Assembly: GCA_964575985.1 (NCBI GenBank)
Contig: CAZNTP010000001.1
Location: 1 to 45,517, forward strand
Length of the DNA: 45,517 nt
Direction of reading: 5' to 3'
Source: an uncultured Ruminococcus sp.
GTDB taxonomy: Bacteria > Bacillota > Clostridia > Oscillospirales > Acutalibacteraceae
Made by a program: the position numbers and the translations under genes. The notes beneath the pieces are model-generated. The model was not told where the DNA came from, did no database searches, and was given only the letters and a program-made list of their open reading frames with translations. Below are positions 44,981 through 45,517 of the stretch, in pieces (the stretch's first letter is position 1; each line of letters opens with the position of its first letter).

Positions 44981-45095
44981 CCCTCCTTGTGTAAAGGAGG
45001 GTGGCAGCCATAGCTGACGGGAGGATTGTTTTTTATAACGACAATCCCTCAGTCAAAACCGAAGGTTTTGCCGGCTCCCTTTGCACAAGGGAGCC
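44981..45095 (+). repeat. Structured palindromic repeat unit, copy 1 (three to four stem-loops)
   Basis: Hairpin CCCTCCTT-gtgta-AAGGAGGG (44981-45001), then core GTGGCAGCCATAGCTGAC, then an imperfect long hairpin GAGGATTG...CAATCCCTC ending in CCCTCAGTC. This is followed by AAAACC-gaa-GGTTTT (45055-45069) and GGCTCCCTT-tgcac-AAGGGAGCC (45073-45095). Confidence 0.7.
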
Positions 45096-45206
45096 ATCGC
45101 TAACTGCCGTGACAGTCACATTTTAAAGCACAGAAATAACAAAAACAGACGGGACTGTCTCACTAAGGTTAAAATGCACAAATAAAAAGCTTAGCCAACA
45201 CTCTTG

Positions 45207-45337
45207 GCTCCCTCTGACGAGGGAGCTGTCGAGTGCAACGAGACTGAGGGAGAGAAAAACTACATTTTTGCAGATTTTTTACCTTTTCTCTCCCTCCGTC
45301 ACAGCTACGCTGTGCCACCTCCCTCGTCAGAGGGAGG
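45207..45337 (-). repeat. Structured palindromic repeat unit, copy 2 (inverted relative to copy 1)
   Basis: GCTCCCTC-tgac-GAGGGAGC (45207-45226). A long hairpin pairs GACTGAGGGAGAGAAAA (45242-45258) with TTTTCTCTCCCTCCGTC (45284-45300), with one mismatch. The core ACAGCTACGCTGTGCCAC is the reverse complement of a GTGGCACAGCGTAGCTGT-type core. CCTCCCTC-gtca-GAGGGAGG (45318-45337). Read in reverse complement, the element order matches copy 1. Confidence 0.7.
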
Positions 45338-45364
45338 CAAGGTTTTTGCAAATTACCTTTAATG

Positions 45365-45431
45365 AGACAGCTCCGTTTATAACCGCAGAAAAACAACGGT
45401 TGCGTTTGACAGCCCCCTTTACACAAAGGGG
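45365..45431 (-). repeat. Partial third copy of the structured repeat
   Basis: Hairpin CCCCTTT-acac-AAAGGGG (45414-45431); its reverse complement carries the same GTGTA loop as copy 1 hairpin A. A short AACCG...CGGTT hairpin (about 45381-45401) lies where the long hairpin would be. Confidence 0.4.
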
Positions 45432-45517
45432 ACTTTGTTTTGCGTGTTGATTTTATATTGTGTAAAAAAATCCCCCTCGATTGAGCAATGTCATTAAGTT
45501 AAGGGCATGCGAATAGG

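Noticed and set aside
44981-45431. CRISPR array
   Set aside because: The repeats are on opposite strands, irregularly spaced, over 100 nt long and internally palindromic. There are no regularly spaced direct repeats of 24-48 nt and no cas genes.
45169-45450. ORFs 45169-45426(-) and 45268-45450(+) as protein-coding genes
   Set aside because: Both lie entirely on the palindromic repeat units. They mirror each other on opposite strands, have no RBS, and translate to low-complexity C/R/P/L-rich strings. They are artefacts of the inverted repeats.
1-45517. rRNA, tRNA, tmRNA, transposase, integrase or other classical mobile-element genes
   Set aside because: None was recognised by eye on either strand. 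The only mobile-element-like hints are the truncated collagen-like gene, the XRE/SLOG pair and the palindromic repeats.

Overview
AT-rich, Gram-positive (Clostridia-like) chromosomal segment. A dockerin-like module suggests a cellulosome-producing, Ruminococcus-type host (inference only). From about 1.7 kb to 39.1 kb the window is one uninterrupted minus-strand glycan-utilisation locus of 18 genes, with most gaps under 50 nt. It reads as two transcription units of about 18.5 kb each. Both are headed by the same hand-found promoter architecture: two ATGTnAAAAA direct repeats 21 bp apart, abutting a TTGTT(A/C) -35 and an extended -10. Unit 1 (39.1 to 20.4 kb) encodes a beta-sandwich-fused solute-binding protein, two ABC permeases, an NHL/TPR-Yip1 membrane protein, a 748-aa orphan lipoprotein and two more permeases. 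It continues with a signal-peptide-less block: TIM-barrel isomerase-like protein, beta-helix protein, SGNH esterase, MFS transporter, metallophosphoesterase, GH30 and PHP phosphoesterase. Unit 2 (20.3 to 1.8 kb) encodes two giant paralogous surface proteins (about 2451 and 2590 aa) built from 13 copies of a roughly 290-aa GLUG-like module. One is fused to a CE2-like esterase, a dockerin and GH16; the other ends in a transmembrane anchor. Unit 2 also carries a GH16 lipoprotein and an orphan binding lipoprotein, and ends at a strong terminator. Downstream lies an AraC-family regulator whose C-terminal HTH is broken by a frameshift in a T8/A8 run. The left edge carries a truncated collagen-like (phage-fibre-like) gene that is missing from the ORF track. 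On the plus strand to the right are GH36 alpha-galactosidase, a CE4 deacetylase and an NCS2 purine permease. These are followed by an XRE repressor / SLOG(DUF1273)-like pair with a clear operator-containing divergent promoter, and then a 0.5-kb non-coding tract packed with structured palindromic repeat units. No rRNA, tRNA, CRISPR array, transposase or integrase was recognised. The best candidate for an undescribed system is the seven-gene membrane module at 28.0-39.0 kb, followed by the 13-module giant proteins. All domain calls come from motif recognition by eye. Sub-gene coordinates are hand-derived and good to about +/-30 nt.
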